A program made the translations under genes and the position numbers. The notes below the pieces were generated by a model, which saw nothing but the letters and a program-made list of their open reading frames with translations, did not search any database and was not told the DNA's origin. From an uncultured Bacteroidota bacterium (GTDB taxonomy: Bacteria > Bacteroidota > Bacteroidia > Bacteroidales > JAAUTT01), in contig CAVYAE010000078.1 of assembly GCA_963766305.1 (NCBI GenBank), positions 6,811 through 70,810 of the forward strand: a stretch of DNA of 64,000 nucleotides. The letters are read 5' to 3'. Position 1 is the first letter of the stretch, and every line of letters begins with the position of its first letter. This document shows, in pieces, positions 8,882 to 19,150 of this stretch.

Positions 8882-10849
8882 CTAATTTGCCTTTACCTTT
8901 TCACTAATCTTGGCCACAGCCTGGTTATCCAATACTTCAAAAATAGAATTCTTGCTCTTATATTCCGGTACCACCTTTTTCATAAGTTTAACTATTTCCA
9001 TATTATTCTGAGCTTTTATCAACCGCTCAAACAAACCCATGAATTCAGAAACAGTATCAAAATCAATTGGTGTTACCTTGGCTATCATTATTTTCGAATG
9101 GTAGGTAGGAAGGTTATTTTCTTTTTTACAGAGCAGTTCTTCAAATAACTTCTCACCCGGTCTCAGCCCTATGTATTTTATCTGGATATCCTTACCAACA
9201 TCCAGACCCGACAAACGAATCATATTTTTAGCCAAATCTGCTACTTTGACGGACTTACCCATGTCAAAAATAAAAATTTCACCGCCTTTCCCCATGCTGC
9301 TGGCCTCAAGAACAAGCTGGCATGCTTCAGGAATGGTCATAAAATACCGGGTAATATCCGGATGGGTAATGGTGACAGGTCCTCCCTGTTCAATTTGTTT
9401 TTTAAACAATGGTATTACTGAGCCGTTTGATCCTAAAACATTTCCAAAACGTGTGGTTATAAAATTAGTTGAAGAAATATTATTTAACGACTGTGTGTAT
9501 ATTTCGGCAATACGCTTGGAAGCCCCCATAATATTGGTTGGGTTTACAGCCTTGTCAGTGGATATCATAATAAACTTACCAACGTTATATTTTACAGCCA
9601 AATCAGCAAGTATTTTTGTACCTATGACATTATTCTGTATGGCTTCGGCAGGGTTAGCCTCCATCATAGGAACATGTTTATAGGCCGCAGCATGGTAAAC
9701 TATATCTATGGCAAAGCGTTCGAAAATCTTGCTCATCCGCATATAATCAGTGATATCTCCTATAATTATTTCACATTCACGGAACTGGAGTCTTTCTGTA
9801 ATTTCAAGTTCCAGATTGTATAAAGGCGTTTCGGCCTGATCTAAAATAATTACCTTGCGGGGAGAGTAATTTGCTATTTGTTTTACAATTTCACTGCCTA
9901 TGGACCCTGCAGCACCTGTAACCAAAACGACCTTATCCTCCAGCTCCTGCAGTATATTTTTTGAATCGAGTAATATGGTTTCCCGTTCAAGCAAATCTTC
10001 AATATTTATCTGTTTTATTTGTCTCGAAGTGAAATCTCCGGTAATCCAGGATTTAATTTTAGGTGCGGTGAGGACTTTTATTTTATAGTTTAAGCATTTT
10101 TCAACTATCTGGTTCTTTTTTGCCGGGTTAACATGATCTTTGGCAATAATCAATGAATTAATATCATTCTTTTCAAGAATTTCTTCAAGTTTATAAACAG
10201 GATAAATGTTAATGCCTTCAATATTTTTCCTGTGATGTTGTTTCTTATCGTCAATGAAAGCTACAACCCTGTACCTCACTTCAGTATCAAGGTCAAGTGC
10301 CCGCTTTGTAGCAATAGCAAGCTCATCGGTTCCAAATATCACCACATTTGAACGTACTTTCGTATTATTATGAAATTCAATAAATATAAATTTAATTAGC
10401 AACCTTATTGCAGGCATTATAGACCCGGCGATAAAAAAATCTATAATTAAAACCGATACAGGTATTAAAACCTTACCATAAACTGATTTAAAAACAATAT
10501 CGGCAATAAAAAGAATAAGGCTTCCTAAAAGAGTAAATATCAACAATTTGGTAACATCTCTTAATCCGGTGTGACGAATTATAATTGAATAGGTTCTACC
10601 TGAAAAAAGGAATACTGCTCTGGTAAACAGAACAATTAATATTACCAGGTTCAGGTTTTTGGAAAATTCACCCGGTATTGCAAAATTAAATCGCAATAAA
10701 TAGGCAAATATTAAGGATATGCCACAAACTAAAATATCCAGATTGAAAATAATCCAGGTTGGAATGGTTGATTTTAAGGACTTTAAAGCTTTGATGAAAT
10801 AAGAATTAACAGCGGTCATTATCATACGTTTAACGTTAAAAGCAATCAA
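8882..10849 (-). CDS. Polysaccharide biosynthesis protein CapD/WbpM/PglF-like (membrane-anchored UDP-sugar 4,6-dehydratase)
   Basis: N-terminal transmembrane segments followed by 'VLVTGAAGSIGSEI', 'VYHAAAYKHVPMME' and 'FIMISTDKAVNPTNIMGASKRIAE', typical of CapD-type extended SDRs. Confidence 0.85.
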   Translation of the reverse strand: MIAFNVKRMIMTAVNSYFIKALKSLKSTIPTWIIFNLDILVCGISLIFAYLLRFNFAIPGEFSKNLNLVILIVLFTRAVFLFSGRTYSIIIRHTGLRDVTKLLIFTLLGSLILFIADIVFKSVYGKVLIPVSVLIIDFFIAGSIMPAIRLLIKFIFIEFHNNTKVRSNVVIFGTDELAIATKRALDLDTEVRYRVVAFIDDKKQHHRKNIEGINIYPVYKLEEILEKNDINSLIIAKDHVNPAKKNQIVEKCLNYKIKVLTAPKIKSWITGDFTSRQIKQINIEDLLERETILLDSKNILQELEDKVVLVTGAAGSIGSEIVKQIANYSPRKVIILDQAETPLYNLELEITERLQFRECEIIIGDITDYMRMSKIFERFAIDIVYHAAAYKHVPMMEANPAEAIQNNVIGTKILADLAVKYNVGKFIMISTDKAVNPTNIMGASKRIAEIYTQSLNNISSTNFITTRFGNVLGSNGSVIPLFKKQIEQGGPVTITHPDITRYFMTIPEACQLVLEASSMGKGGEIFIFDMGKSVKVADLAKNMIRLSGLDVGKDIQIKYIGLRPGEKLFEELLCKKENNLPTYHSKIMIAKVTPIDFDTVSEFMGLFERLIKAQNNMEIVKLMKKVVPEYKSKNSIFEVLDNQAVAKISEKVKAN

Positions 10850-11019
10850 AAGTTAATAATAAATCCTTTAATATGTTGGACTTATGTGTTAAATAATAAT
10901 TAATAATTCTCCCCTTCCCTTTGACGCAGAAATATTATAAAGGTTGCATTTTATATATATTATTTTTATCTTCATGTGTCATGATCTGATTATATTTGCA
11001 TTCATAATTTATCAATTAT

Positions 11020-11394
11020 ATGTTGTATATTGAAAAAACAATAAATACTCCCAAGGTGAAATTTGACAATGGGGTATTGGTAATTTCAGGACGATGCATT
11101 CCTGAAAATGCTATTTTGTTTTTTGAACCTTTATTTAAATATATAGTGGAATATTCGCTCAACCCTTTGCCACTTACTACTGTTAATATTTTTATGGAAT
11201 ATTCAAACAGCAGCACAAACAGATCTTTAATGACAATCTTTACTTTATTTGAAAAATTTTTTGAAAGTGGCAATAAAATAGACATAAACTGGTATTTTGA
11301 AGCGGGTGATGAATTTATGATGGATTTGGGTAATGATTTTAAGTCCATATTAAAAATGCCTTTTATTGTTGAAGAACGTAACCTGCCTCTCTAA
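11020..11394 (+). CDS. SiaC-like / DUF1987 family protein
   Basis: 'TINTPKVKFDNGVLVISGRCIPENAILFFEPLFKYI...' and 'MEYSNSSTNRSLMTIF' match my recollection of the DUF1987 (biofilm regulator SiaC) family. Confidence 0.65.
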   Translation: MLYIEKTINTPKVKFDNGVLVISGRCIPENAILFFEPLFKYIVEYSLNPLPLTTVNIFMEYSNSSTNRSLMTIFTLFEKFFESGNKIDINWYFEAGDEFMMDLGNDFKSILKMPFIVEERNLPL

Positions 11395-12594
11395 TCAGTT
11401 AAGCCTGCTTATAACCAAATCTGCAATGGTTTTTCCAATGGATAAGGAAGCAGTGGCAGCTGGCGAAGGCGCATTTAGTACATTTATTATATTAGGATCT
11501 TCATAAATTAGAAAATCATCTATCAGATTTCCGTCATTAGTGCAAGCCTGAGCTCTTACTCCTGCTCCGGCGGGTATCAAATCATTCTGTTTAATTTCAG
11601 GTAATAATCTTTGCAACGACCTGGTAAAAGCAATTTTATTATAGCTTCTGTAATATTCTCCGAGACCCATTTTCCAATATTTAAACATAACTTTTTGAAA
11701 ACCTCTCCAAAAGAGTGATTCAAATAATTCCGGGAGGTAAATATCTGTTTTGTGGTATCCTTCCTTACGGAAAGCGAAAACCGCATTGGGGCCGGCTTCA
11801 ATGCCTCCTTTAAGTTTTCTTGTAAAATGAACACCTAAGAAAGGAAATGCCGGATCAGGAACAGGGTATATAAGATTATTTACCAGGTTACATTTTTCTT
11901 TTGTAACTTCATAATATTCACCTCTGAAGGGTATTATCCTTACATTAATTCTACGGGTCAGGCTGGCTATTTTGTCTGAATACAAACCGGCTGTGTTCAC
12001 AATCAGCCTTGCTGAACAATTATTTTTATCGGTAATAACTTCACCTATATTTTTTTTAACTTTAATGTCCTGTACTTTATGGTTTAAAAATATTTCACCC
12101 TGGTATTTTTGAGTAAATATTTCTGCATATTTAGCACAGACATCCTTATAATCTATAATTCCGGTGTATGGGACCCATATTCCTGCAATGCCATTAGCAT
12201 TAGGCTCATATTCAGCTATTTCTCCTGCGCCTAACTTCTTTATTTTTGAAAGGCCGTTTTCTAAACCTCTTATAAATAAATTATCCAGTCGTGGCTTTTC
12301 TTCTATTTTAGTTGCAATTATAACCTTTCCGCAAATTTCATAAGGTATATTTTCCCTGTTGCAAAATTCAAGCAATTGCCTGTAACCTGTAATGCAATTA
12401 TTGGCTTTGGCCGAACCTGGCTTATAATATATGCCGGAGTGTATAACACCGCTGTTATTTCCAGTTTGATGACGTGCCAGCCCATTTTCTTTTTCAAGCA
12501 GCAAAACCTTTAAATGCGGATCTGCTTCTTTTATTTTTAAGGCACTGGCTAAGCCAACTACTCCTCCACCAATGATCACAACATCGTATATCAT
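11395..12594 (-). CDS. lhgO: L-2-hydroxyglutarate oxidase (FAD-dependent)
   Basis: 'YDVVIIGGGVVGLASA' FAD motif, 'RHQTGNNSGVIHSGIYYKPGS', 399 aa; LhgO-like throughout. Confidence 0.8.
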   Translation of the reverse strand: MIYDVVIIGGGVVGLASALKIKEADPHLKVLLLEKENGLARHQTGNNSGVIHSGIYYKPGSAKANNCITGYRQLLEFCNRENIPYEICGKVIIATKIEEKPRLDNLFIRGLENGLSKIKKLGAGEIAEYEPNANGIAGIWVPYTGIIDYKDVCAKYAEIFTQKYQGEIFLNHKVQDIKVKKNIGEVITDKNNCSARLIVNTAGLYSDKIASLTRRINVRIIPFRGEYYEVTKEKCNLVNNLIYPVPDPAFPFLGVHFTRKLKGGIEAGPNAVFAFRKEGYHKTDIYLPELFESLFWRGFQKVMFKYWKMGLGEYYRSYNKIAFTRSLQRLLPEIKQNDLIPAGAGVRAQACTNDGNLIDDFLIYEDPNIINVLNAPSPAATASLSIGKTIADLVISRLN

Positions 12595-12969
12595 TAAAAT
12601 TTAATTAATTGCAAATTTTTAATATATAAGTAGCTGGCCTTAAGTAGTAAGTAGTAACGTAATTGCATAATAACATTTTCCAGAACAAATATAATATTTA
12701 ATATTAAACACAAATGCGATTATATAATTTATTGGATGTTGATTTTTAAGTGTTCGTTGTTTATTAATTAACATTCATGTCAAATATTAATACATTAATC
12801 AATTATTTTATTACATTAGTGTAAAGAAAAGAGAAGTTTAAAAATCAACTGCAAATACAGTTTTTAACATCTATATATTAATAATTTAATAATAAAAGTA
12901 AGATAAAATATATTTATCAAACATATTATTTTTATAATCGTATAAGTAGGTAATCATTAAATAAATATC

Positions 12970-13356
12970 ATGGATGATAAACTTATTTTTGTGGTTGATG
13001 ACGATAAAGTAATTCTTAATCTTTTAGAATATACTTTTAAAAGCAGGGAAGGATATGTTGTACATACTTTTAATTCCGGGGAAGAGTGCCTTGCAAATAT
13101 TGGCCTGATACCCGATCTGATAGTGCTGGATCATTTGTTTAGTGTGAATGGCAAGCAAAGTATGTCAGGGCTTGATACGCTGAAAAAATTAAGAAAATTA
13201 AATGTTAAAGTTCCGGTTATAATTCTTTCCGGTCAGGAAGACATTACACTTATAAAGGAATTTATTGGTAATGGTGCTACAAAGTATATTGCAAAGGAAG
13301 ATTATTTTATAGATGTGTTAATTGAGTCAGTTGAAAAAATAATTGCGTACAACTAA
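12970..13356 (+). CDS. Single-domain response regulator (CheY-like receiver)
   Basis: 'IFVVDDD', 'DLIVLDHLF', 'PVIILSGQED' and 'KYIAK' correspond to the receiver DD / D / T(S) / K positions. Preceded by a 375-bp AT-rich intergenic region. Confidence 0.8.
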   Translation: MDDKLIFVVDDDKVILNLLEYTFKSREGYVVHTFNSGEECLANIGLIPDLIVLDHLFSVNGKQSMSGLDTLKKLRKLNVKVPVIILSGQEDITLIKEFIGNGATKYIAKEDYFIDVLIESVEKIIAYN

Positions 13357-15155
13357 TCGTTTTTTATTACACGTTTTCGGTTATTTTCGTTAAGGATAAT
13401 TTTACGTAAGCGGATACTTTTTGGTGTAACTTCTACATATTCATCCTCCTGTATATATTCAAGCGCTTCTTCAAGCGAAAAATTAATTGCCGGTGCTATC
13501 TTCATTTTTTCATCCGATCCGGTGGCACGCATATTAGTCAATTTCTTGGTTTTAGTAATATTCAATCCCAGGTCACCGGAACGTGAATGTTCTCCAACAA
13601 CTTGTCCTTCATAAATTTCCACACCCGGATCCACAAAAAATTTACCTCTGTCCTGCAGTTTGTGTAATGCATATGCTATGGCTGTACCTGTTTCAATAGC
13701 TATGAGAGAACCGTTTACACGTTTTTCTATTTCTCCTTTCCAGGGGGCGTATTCCAAAAAACGGTGTGTCATTATAGCTTCTCCTGCTGTTGCTGTTAAA
13801 ATCTGATTTCTGAGGCCTATTATTCCACGGGATGGGATATTGAATTCGAGATGTAAACGTTCTCCCTTGCGTTCCATTTTCAGTAATTCACCCTTTCTTT
13901 TAGATACCAGTTCAATAGCTTTGCCGGAGGTTTCTTCCGTCATATCAATCGAAAGTACTTCAAAAGGTTCACATTTTTCACCTCCTATATCTTTAACAAT
14001 TACTTTTGGCTGACCAACCTGAAGTTCATAACCTTCGCGCCTCATAGTTTCAATCAATATGGAAAGATGCAGTACACCTCGTCCGAATACAGTGAAAGCA
14101 TCCGCCGAGTCGGTAGGTTCCACTCTCATGGCTACATTCTTTTCAAGTTCCTTATCCAGCCGGTCTTTTATATGCCTAGATGTAACGTATTTACCATCTC
14201 TTCCAAAAAAGGGGGAATTATTAATTGTAAATAACATACTCATCGTAGGCTCATCAATAGCAATTGTTTCCAATGGTTCAGGATTTTCAAAATCCGCGAT
14301 GGAATCTCCTATATTAAATCCTTCTATACCCACCAGAGCACAAATTTCTCCTGAAGATACAGAAGGTACTTTCTTTTTCGCAAAACCTTCGAAAATAAGG
14401 AGCTCCTTAATACGTGTGCGGGCTACCGATAAATCCCTTTTTACCAGTGATACCTGCATACCTTCCTTTAGTTCACCCCTGTGTACTCTTCCTATTGCTA
14501 TCCTTCCCACATACGAGGAATACTCCAGGGAGGTGATCAATAGCTGTGGTGTGCCTTTTAAGGCCCTGGGAGCAGGGATATATTTTATAATACAATCCAG
14601 CAAGGGCACGATGTCTGTAGAAGGTTTTTTCCAGTCATCAGACATCCAGCCTTGTTTGGCAGAACCGTAGATAGTAGGAAAATTGAGCTGATCCTCATTG
14701 GCATCCAGATGGAACATCAGATCGAAAACCTGTTCATGCACTTCTTCAGGTCTGCAGTTAGGCTTGTCAACTTTATTTATAACCACAATAGGTTTTTTCC
14801 CTAATTGCAACGCCTTTTGCAATACAAACCTTGTTTGCGGCATAGTACCCTCAAATGCATCCACCAGCAGCAGTACACCATCTGTCATATTTAAAACCCT
14901 CTCCACCTCACCACCGAAATCAGCGTGACCGGGAGTGTCAATTATGTTGATTTTAACACCTTTATAAATGACGGAAATATTTTTGGCAAGTATAGTAATT
15001 CCCCTTTCCTTTTCAAGTTCATTACTATCCATTATTAATTCACCGGGAATTTCATGATTTTTAAAAAGATTTCCTGATAAAAGTATCTTATCAACCAAAG
15101 TAGTTTTTCCATGGTCGACATGAGCTATTATTGCTATATTTCTTATATTTTGCAT
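13353..15155 (-). CDS. typA: Translational GTPase TypA/BipA
   Basis: 'IRNIAIIAHVDHGKTTLVD', 'DTPGHADFGGEVER', 'NKVDKPN'; 600 aa. Its 3' end overlaps the convergent receiver gene by 4 nt. Confidence 0.95.
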   Translation of the reverse strand: MQNIRNIAIIAHVDHGKTTLVDKILLSGNLFKNHEIPGELIMDSNELEKERGITILAKNISVIYKGVKINIIDTPGHADFGGEVERVLNMTDGVLLLVDAFEGTMPQTRFVLQKALQLGKKPIVVINKVDKPNCRPEEVHEQVFDLMFHLDANEDQLNFPTIYGSAKQGWMSDDWKKPSTDIVPLLDCIIKYIPAPRALKGTPQLLITSLEYSSYVGRIAIGRVHRGELKEGMQVSLVKRDLSVARTRIKELLIFEGFAKKKVPSVSSGEICALVGIEGFNIGDSIADFENPEPLETIAIDEPTMSMLFTINNSPFFGRDGKYVTSRHIKDRLDKELEKNVAMRVEPTDSADAFTVFGRGVLHLSILIETMRREGYELQVGQPKVIVKDIGGEKCEPFEVLSIDMTEETSGKAIELVSKRKGELLKMERKGERLHLEFNIPSRGIIGLRNQILTATAGEAIMTHRFLEYAPWKGEIEKRVNGSLIAIETGTAIAYALHKLQDRGKFFVDPGVEIYEGQVVGEHSRSGDLGLNITKTKKLTNMRATGSDEKMKIAPAINFSLEEALEYIQEDEYVEVTPKSIRLRKIILNENNRKRVIKND

Positions 15156-15239
15156 ATTTTATGTGATTCCAAATCAGGGCTGCAAATGTAACAAAAATTA
15201 TTCCGTTTAATTTTCTTTTTATATTAAGATTAAAATTTA

Positions 15240-15247
15240 TACTTTTG
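15240..15247 (+). promoter_or_regulatory. Candidate Bacteroidota -7 promoter box (TAnnTTTG) for yceD-rpmF-plsX-fabH
   Basis: 'TACTTTTG' lies 17 nt upstream of the TTG start at 15264 and matches the Bacteroidetes sigma-AB -7 consensus TAnnTTTG. Confidence 0.35.
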
Positions 15248-15263
15248 CACCTTTAATTTTATT

Positions 15264-15797
15264 TTGGTGAAGCATAATCGTCAGTTTGTCATCCCGTTTA
15301 AAGGGTTAAAAACAGGTAAACACGATTTTTTGTTCGAAATCGATGAAAAGTTCTTTAATTCTTATGAGGCCAGCGAAATTCACAAGGGGAAGGTTCTGAT
15401 TAAAATTCAGATGAATAAAAACATAACAATGTTAGAGTTGATGTTTACCCTGGAAGGTACGGTTACAGTAATGTGCGATCGTTGCCTTGATGATTTGGAC
15501 CTGCCTGTATCGTACAAAACTAAATTATTTGTAAAGTTTGGTGATACTACAGAGGAACAAACTGATGAGATTCTCATTTTATCATATAATGAATTTGAAT
15601 TGGATGTTTCCCAATATATATATGAATACACTCATTTAAGTCTGCCATATAAACGAATTCATCCTGACAATAATCTTGGAATATCGATGTGCAATAGTGA
15701 AATGATTAAAAAACTTGACGAATACCAGGTTGAATCAAAGGTGAATAATAATGATCCCAGATGGGATAATTTAAAAAATCTTTTTAATAAAAATTAA
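15264..15797 (+). CDS. YceD/DUF177 family protein (large-subunit rRNA accumulation protein)
   Basis: Conserved position directly upstream of rpmF-plsX. 'CDRCLDDLDLPV' Cys motif typical of DUF177. TTG start. Confidence 0.8.
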   Translation: MVKHNRQFVIPFKGLKTGKHDFLFEIDEKFFNSYEASEIHKGKVLIKIQMNKNITMLELMFTLEGTVTVMCDRCLDDLDLPVSYKTKLFVKFGDTTEEQTDEILILSYNEFELDVSQYIYEYTHLSLPYKRIHPDNNLGISMCNSEMIKKLDEYQVESKVNNNDPRWDNLKNLFNKN

Positions 15798-15827
15798 TTA
15801 CTTAACGATTGATTAAACAAATTTGAA

Positions 15828-16013
15828 ATGCCAAATCCTAAAAGAAAACATTCAAAACAAAGAAGAGATAAAAGAAGAACACACGACAAAGCTCTTGTCC
15901 CTACAACTGCCAAGTGCAGTAATTGTAATGCAACAGTTCTATACCACAGAGTTTGTCCTGAATGTGGTTATTACCGAGGTAAGCTTGCTATTGAAAAAGA
16001 AGTTACAGCTTAA
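15828..16013 (+). CDS. rpmF: 50S ribosomal protein L32
   Basis: 'MPNPKRKHSKQRRDKRRTH...C..C......HRVCPECGYYRG' is the L32 signature with a Zn ribbon. Confidence 0.9.
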   Translation: MPNPKRKHSKQRRDKRRTHDKALVPTTAKCSNCNATVLYHRVCPECGYYRGKLAIEKEVTA

Positions 16014-16027
16014 TTTTTTTTTAATAG

Positions 16028-16969
16028 ATGGTTAGGATAGGTTTAGATGTGATGGGCGGAGATTATGCGCCAGATGCCACTCTTTCCGGGGCTGTTCTGG
16101 CATATAACCAATTAAAGGACAATGAAAAAATTGTTCTCATTGGAGATCAGGGCACTATTGAAGCCTATCTTAAAAACAAAAATATAAAAGCCGGAAATTT
16201 TGAAATTATTCATGCTTCTGAAATAATTGAAATGGGTGACCACCCGGCAAAAGCTTACAGTCAAAAACCCAATTCAAGCATATCCATTGGCTTTCAGTTG
16301 CTTGACGAAGGTAAAATAGATGGTTTTGCCAGTGCAGGAAGTACAGGTGCAATGATGGTTGGTGCCATGGTTACCTCTAAAGCTATACCCGGAGTTATAA
16401 GACCTACAATAGCTTCCCCCCTCCCAAAATTAAACGGTGGTTTTACAATAATTTTAGACGTTGGATTAAATGTTGATTGTAAACCGGATGTTTTATATCA
16501 ATATGGTATATTGGGTTCATTATATGCAGAGTATGTATACAATATTAATAAACCTAAAGTTGGCCTGCTGAACATAGGATCGGAGCCTGAAAAAGGTAAC
16601 CTGCTTACCAAAGCCGCCTACCAGTTAATGCTCGACTCCAAAGAGTTTAATTTTATAGGTAATATAGAAGGAAATGAAATTTTTGATGACAAAGCCGATG
16701 TTATAATTTGTGATGGTTTTGTCGGTAATGTTGTTTTAAAGGAAGCCGAGGCATTTTACAATCTGATATTGAAGAAAAACCTGGAAGACGAATATTTTTC
16801 AAAGTTCAATTTTGAATATTACGGAGGAACTCCTGTTTTGGGAATTAATTCCAATGTTACCATAGGTCATGGCATATCAAATGATATAGCCATCAAAAAT
16901 ATGATTATTCATACCATAGGTGTAATTGAAGCCAATTTACCTGCAAAAATTAAAGAATACTTTAAATAA
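16028..16969 (+). CDS. plsX: Phosphate acyltransferase PlsX
   Basis: '[13 protein letters not shown]', 'SAGSTGAMM' and 'GFVGNVVLK' motifs. Confidence 0.95.
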   Translation: MVRIGLDVMGGDYAPDATLSGAVLAYNQLKDNEKIVLIGDQGTIEAYLKNKNIKAGNFEIIHASEIIEMGDHPAKAYSQKPNSSISIGFQLLDEGKIDGFASAGSTGAMMVGAMVTSKAIPGVIRPTIASPLPKLNGGFTIILDVGLNVDCKPDVLYQYGILGSLYAEYVYNINKPKVGLLNIGSEPEKGNLLTKAAYQLMLDSKEFNFIGNIEGNEIFDDKADVIICDGFVGNVVLKEAEAFYNLILKKNLEDEYFSKFNFEYYGGTPVLGINSNVTIGHGISNDIAIKNMIIHTIGVIEANLPAKIKEYFK

Positions 16970-17967
16970 TGAGTAATATCAGAGCCGCTATAACTGGTTT
17001 AGATGCATACCTCCCTGAATACAGGCTAACCAATGATGAATTGAGCAAGATGGTCGACACTTCCGATGAGTGGATAATGCAGCGGGTAGGGATTAAAGAA
17101 CGAAGGATACTTAAGGGCGAAGGGCTCGCTACATCTGATATGGGAGCCGAAGCGGTTAAAAGGTTACTGGCCAAGACACATACGGATCCCTCGGAAATAG
17201 AATTGCTTATTGTTGCCACTGTGACACCCGATATGTTTTTTCCCCCGACATCATGCATCATAGCCGATAAAACCGGGATAAAGAATTCCTGGAGTTTTGA
17301 TATAAGTGCTGCATGTTGCGGATTCATTTATTCCTTGCAAACAGCATCACAATTTATTGAAACCGGTCGTTATAAAAAGGTTATTCTTGTAGGTTCGGAT
17401 AAAATGTCTTCCATAACTGATTACACCGACCGGACAACCTGTCCTCTTTTTGGTGATGCTGCCGTAGCTTTGCTTTTGGAACCGTCTTTGGAAGATGTTG
17501 GCATTATAGACCATATTTTTCATGTTGACGGCTCAGGCCGTCATCACCTGTATATGAAAGGCGGAGGATCGCAACGTCCTGCTAACCACGAAACGGTTGA
17601 CAACAGAGAACATTTTATTTTTCAGGAAGGTCAAACGGTATTTAAAGCGGCCGTTTCAAAAATGGCCGATGTAGCCGCAGAAATGATGGAAAAACATAAC
17701 ATATCTGCAGATGATATTGCATGGCTGGTACCTCATCAGGCCAATCTCAGGATAATTGAAGCCACTGCCAGGCGAATGGGATTGTCTAAGGACAAGGTTA
17801 TGATTAATATTGAAAAATACGGAAACACAACAGCAGCAACAATTCCTCTTTGTTTGTGGGACTGGGAAAAAGAATTAAAAAAAGGGGATAACATCATTAT
17901 GGCCGCCTTTGGTGGAGGATATACCTGGGGTTCGTTGTATCTGAAATGGGCTTATGATACGAAATGA
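16969..17967 (+). CDS. fabH: 3-oxoacyl-ACP synthase III
   Basis: '[17 protein letters not shown]', active-site 'AACCGF', '[10 protein letters not shown]', '[10 protein letters not shown]'. Confidence 0.95.
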   Translation: MSNIRAAITGLDAYLPEYRLTNDELSKMVDTSDEWIMQRVGIKERRILKGEGLATSDMGAEAVKRLLAKTHTDPSEIELLIVATVTPDMFFPPTSCIIADKTGIKNSWSFDISAACCGFIYSLQTASQFIETGRYKKVILVGSDKMSSITDYTDRTTCPLFGDAAVALLLEPSLEDVGIIDHIFHVDGSGRHHLYMKGGGSQRPANHETVDNREHFIFQEGQTVFKAAVSKMADVAAEMMEKHNISADDIAWLVPHQANLRIIEATARRMGLSKDKVMINIEKYGNTTAATIPLCLWDWEKELKKGDNIIMAAFGGGYTWGSLYLKWAYDTK

Positions 17968-18024
17968 CGAAACCTTAATCAGTCATCATTTCCATAATAA
18001 TTTCAAATTACAAGCAATATTTTC

Positions 18025-18032
18025 TATATTTG
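18025..18032 (+). promoter_or_regulatory. Candidate -7 promoter box (TAnnTTTG) upstream of bactofilin and the atp genes
   Basis: 'TATATTTG' lies 36 nt upstream of the ATG at 18068. Confidence 0.3.
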
Positions 18033-18067
18033 TTAGTATTATTTAAACAAATTAAATTACATATATT

Positions 18068-18454
18068 ATGGCAAAATATATAGAAAGCGAACCTACGTCT
18101 CATAATACTATAAATGCAGGAACCGAAATATTAGGTGACATAGTATCCAATGGTGATATAAGACTTGATGGTGTTTTAAATGGAAATATAAATGCCAAGG
18201 GGAAACTTGTTGTAGGGGAATCAGGAAAGGTTAAGGGTGTTATTAACTGCCGTAATGCTGATATTTTTGGAATGGTTGAAGGTAAACTTAATGTTTCAGA
18301 ATTGTTGTCTCTGAAAGCCAATTCACAAATACTGGGTGACATGGTTACCAGCAGGCTGTCTATTGAACCGGGGTGTAAGTTCACCGGTAATTGTAATATG
18401 ATTGATGAAGCCCATTCCACATATTCGGATACAATTGAAAAAACAAACGACTAA
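18068..18454 (+). CDS. Bactofilin (polymer-forming cytoskeletal protein, DUF583)
   Basis: Repetitive beta-helix pattern 'GDIVSNGDIRLDGVLNGNINAKGKLVVGESGKVKGVINCRNADIFGMVEGKL' typical of bactofilins. Confidence 0.8.
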   Translation: MAKYIESEPTSHNTINAGTEILGDIVSNGDIRLDGVLNGNINAKGKLVVGESGKVKGVINCRNADIFGMVEGKLNVSELLSLKANSQILGDMVTSRLSIEPGCKFTGNCNMIDEAHSTYSDTIEKTND

Positions 18455-18668
18455 TTCAAATAACTCTGACGATTCGCCTTTAAAAAATTATGTCAGGTAT
18501 ACCTCTTTATTTATAGAAATGGCCATAATAATAACCGGAGGAACTATTGGCGGATATTATTTAGATAAATTAATGAGGATTCCCTTTCCTCTGTTTACTA
18601 TAATCTTATCTCTCGGGTCAGTGGCCGGTTCATTGTATTTATTGATAAATGGGAGTAAAAATGTATAA
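18402..18668 (+). CDS. AtpZ/AtpI-family small membrane protein; start uncertain
   Basis: 'YVRYTSLFIEMAIIITGGTIGGYYLDKL...FPLFTIILSLGSVAGSLY' resembles the Bacteroidota AtpZ/AtpI proteins found in front of atpB. The listed ATG overlaps bactofilin by 53 nt. Confidence 0.5.
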   Translation: MMKPIPHIRIQLKKQTTNSNNSDDSPLKNYVRYTSLFIEMAIIITGGTIGGYYLDKLMRIPFPLFTIILSLGSVAGSLYLLINGSKNV

Positions 18669-18704
18669 ACGGAAATATTAACTGCTAACTATCCTAGATA
18701 ATTA

Positions 18705-19088
18705 ATGTCCAGTCCAAATATTAAGTTCATTTTGAGGGCAGTTTTAATAGCTCTTATCTGTTATTTAACCACTGTAATTCTTTCCTTTTTTGTTTTTAAG
18801 AAGTCGTCATTTTTGGAGATATACCTGTTGATCCCATTCATTATGATTGTCACAATCGGCTTTCATGCTCTGCTCATTAAAGCCACAAAATCCAATACCA
18901 CGTTATTTGTAAATAAATACATTGCTTTTTCAGGAATTAAGCTTTTGATATATATCATTACCATACTTATATATTTGATTTTTATAAAATTTGAAGATGT
19001 AATTTTTATGCTTTCATTTTTTATTATATATTTTATATATACAATAGCTGAAATAAGTTCACTTTTACAAATCTTCAAAAAAAGTTGA
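18705..19088 (+). CDS. Hypothetical 4-TM membrane protein in the atp operon leader region
   Basis: Hydrophobic 127-aa ORF lying between the atpZ-like gene and atpB. No motif recognised. Confidence 0.4.
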   Translation: MSSPNIKFILRAVLIALICYLTTVILSFFVFKKSSFLEIYLLIPFIMIVTIGFHALLIKATKSNTTLFVNKYIAFSGIKLLIYIITILIYLIFIKFEDVIFMLSFFIIYFIYTIAEISSLLQIFKKS

Positions 19089-19150
19089 AAGGTTACTTTT
19101 TTAAATAAAATAGTTTTTTAACTTTATATTTACTTTTATTAAGGAGAAAT

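Noticed and set aside
14059-14670. 203-aa plus-strand ORF, plus many similar ones: 9171-9683, 21972-22337, 35951-36373, 53675-53947, 20585-20878, 16962-17327, 18100-18420, 19633-19971, 32133-32495.
   Set aside because: All lie antisense to, or out of frame within, strongly supported conserved genes (typA, capD, atpA, argH, cysK, atpF, fabH, bactofilin, atpB, the T9SS cargo). Their compositions are low-complexity or Ser/Pro/Ile-rich, as expected of shadow ORFs. No motifs were recognised.
15823-16035. 70-aa ORF overlapping rpmF in another frame.
   Set aside because: The 15828-16013 frame gives a textbook L32 sequence. The alternative frame has no recognisable features.
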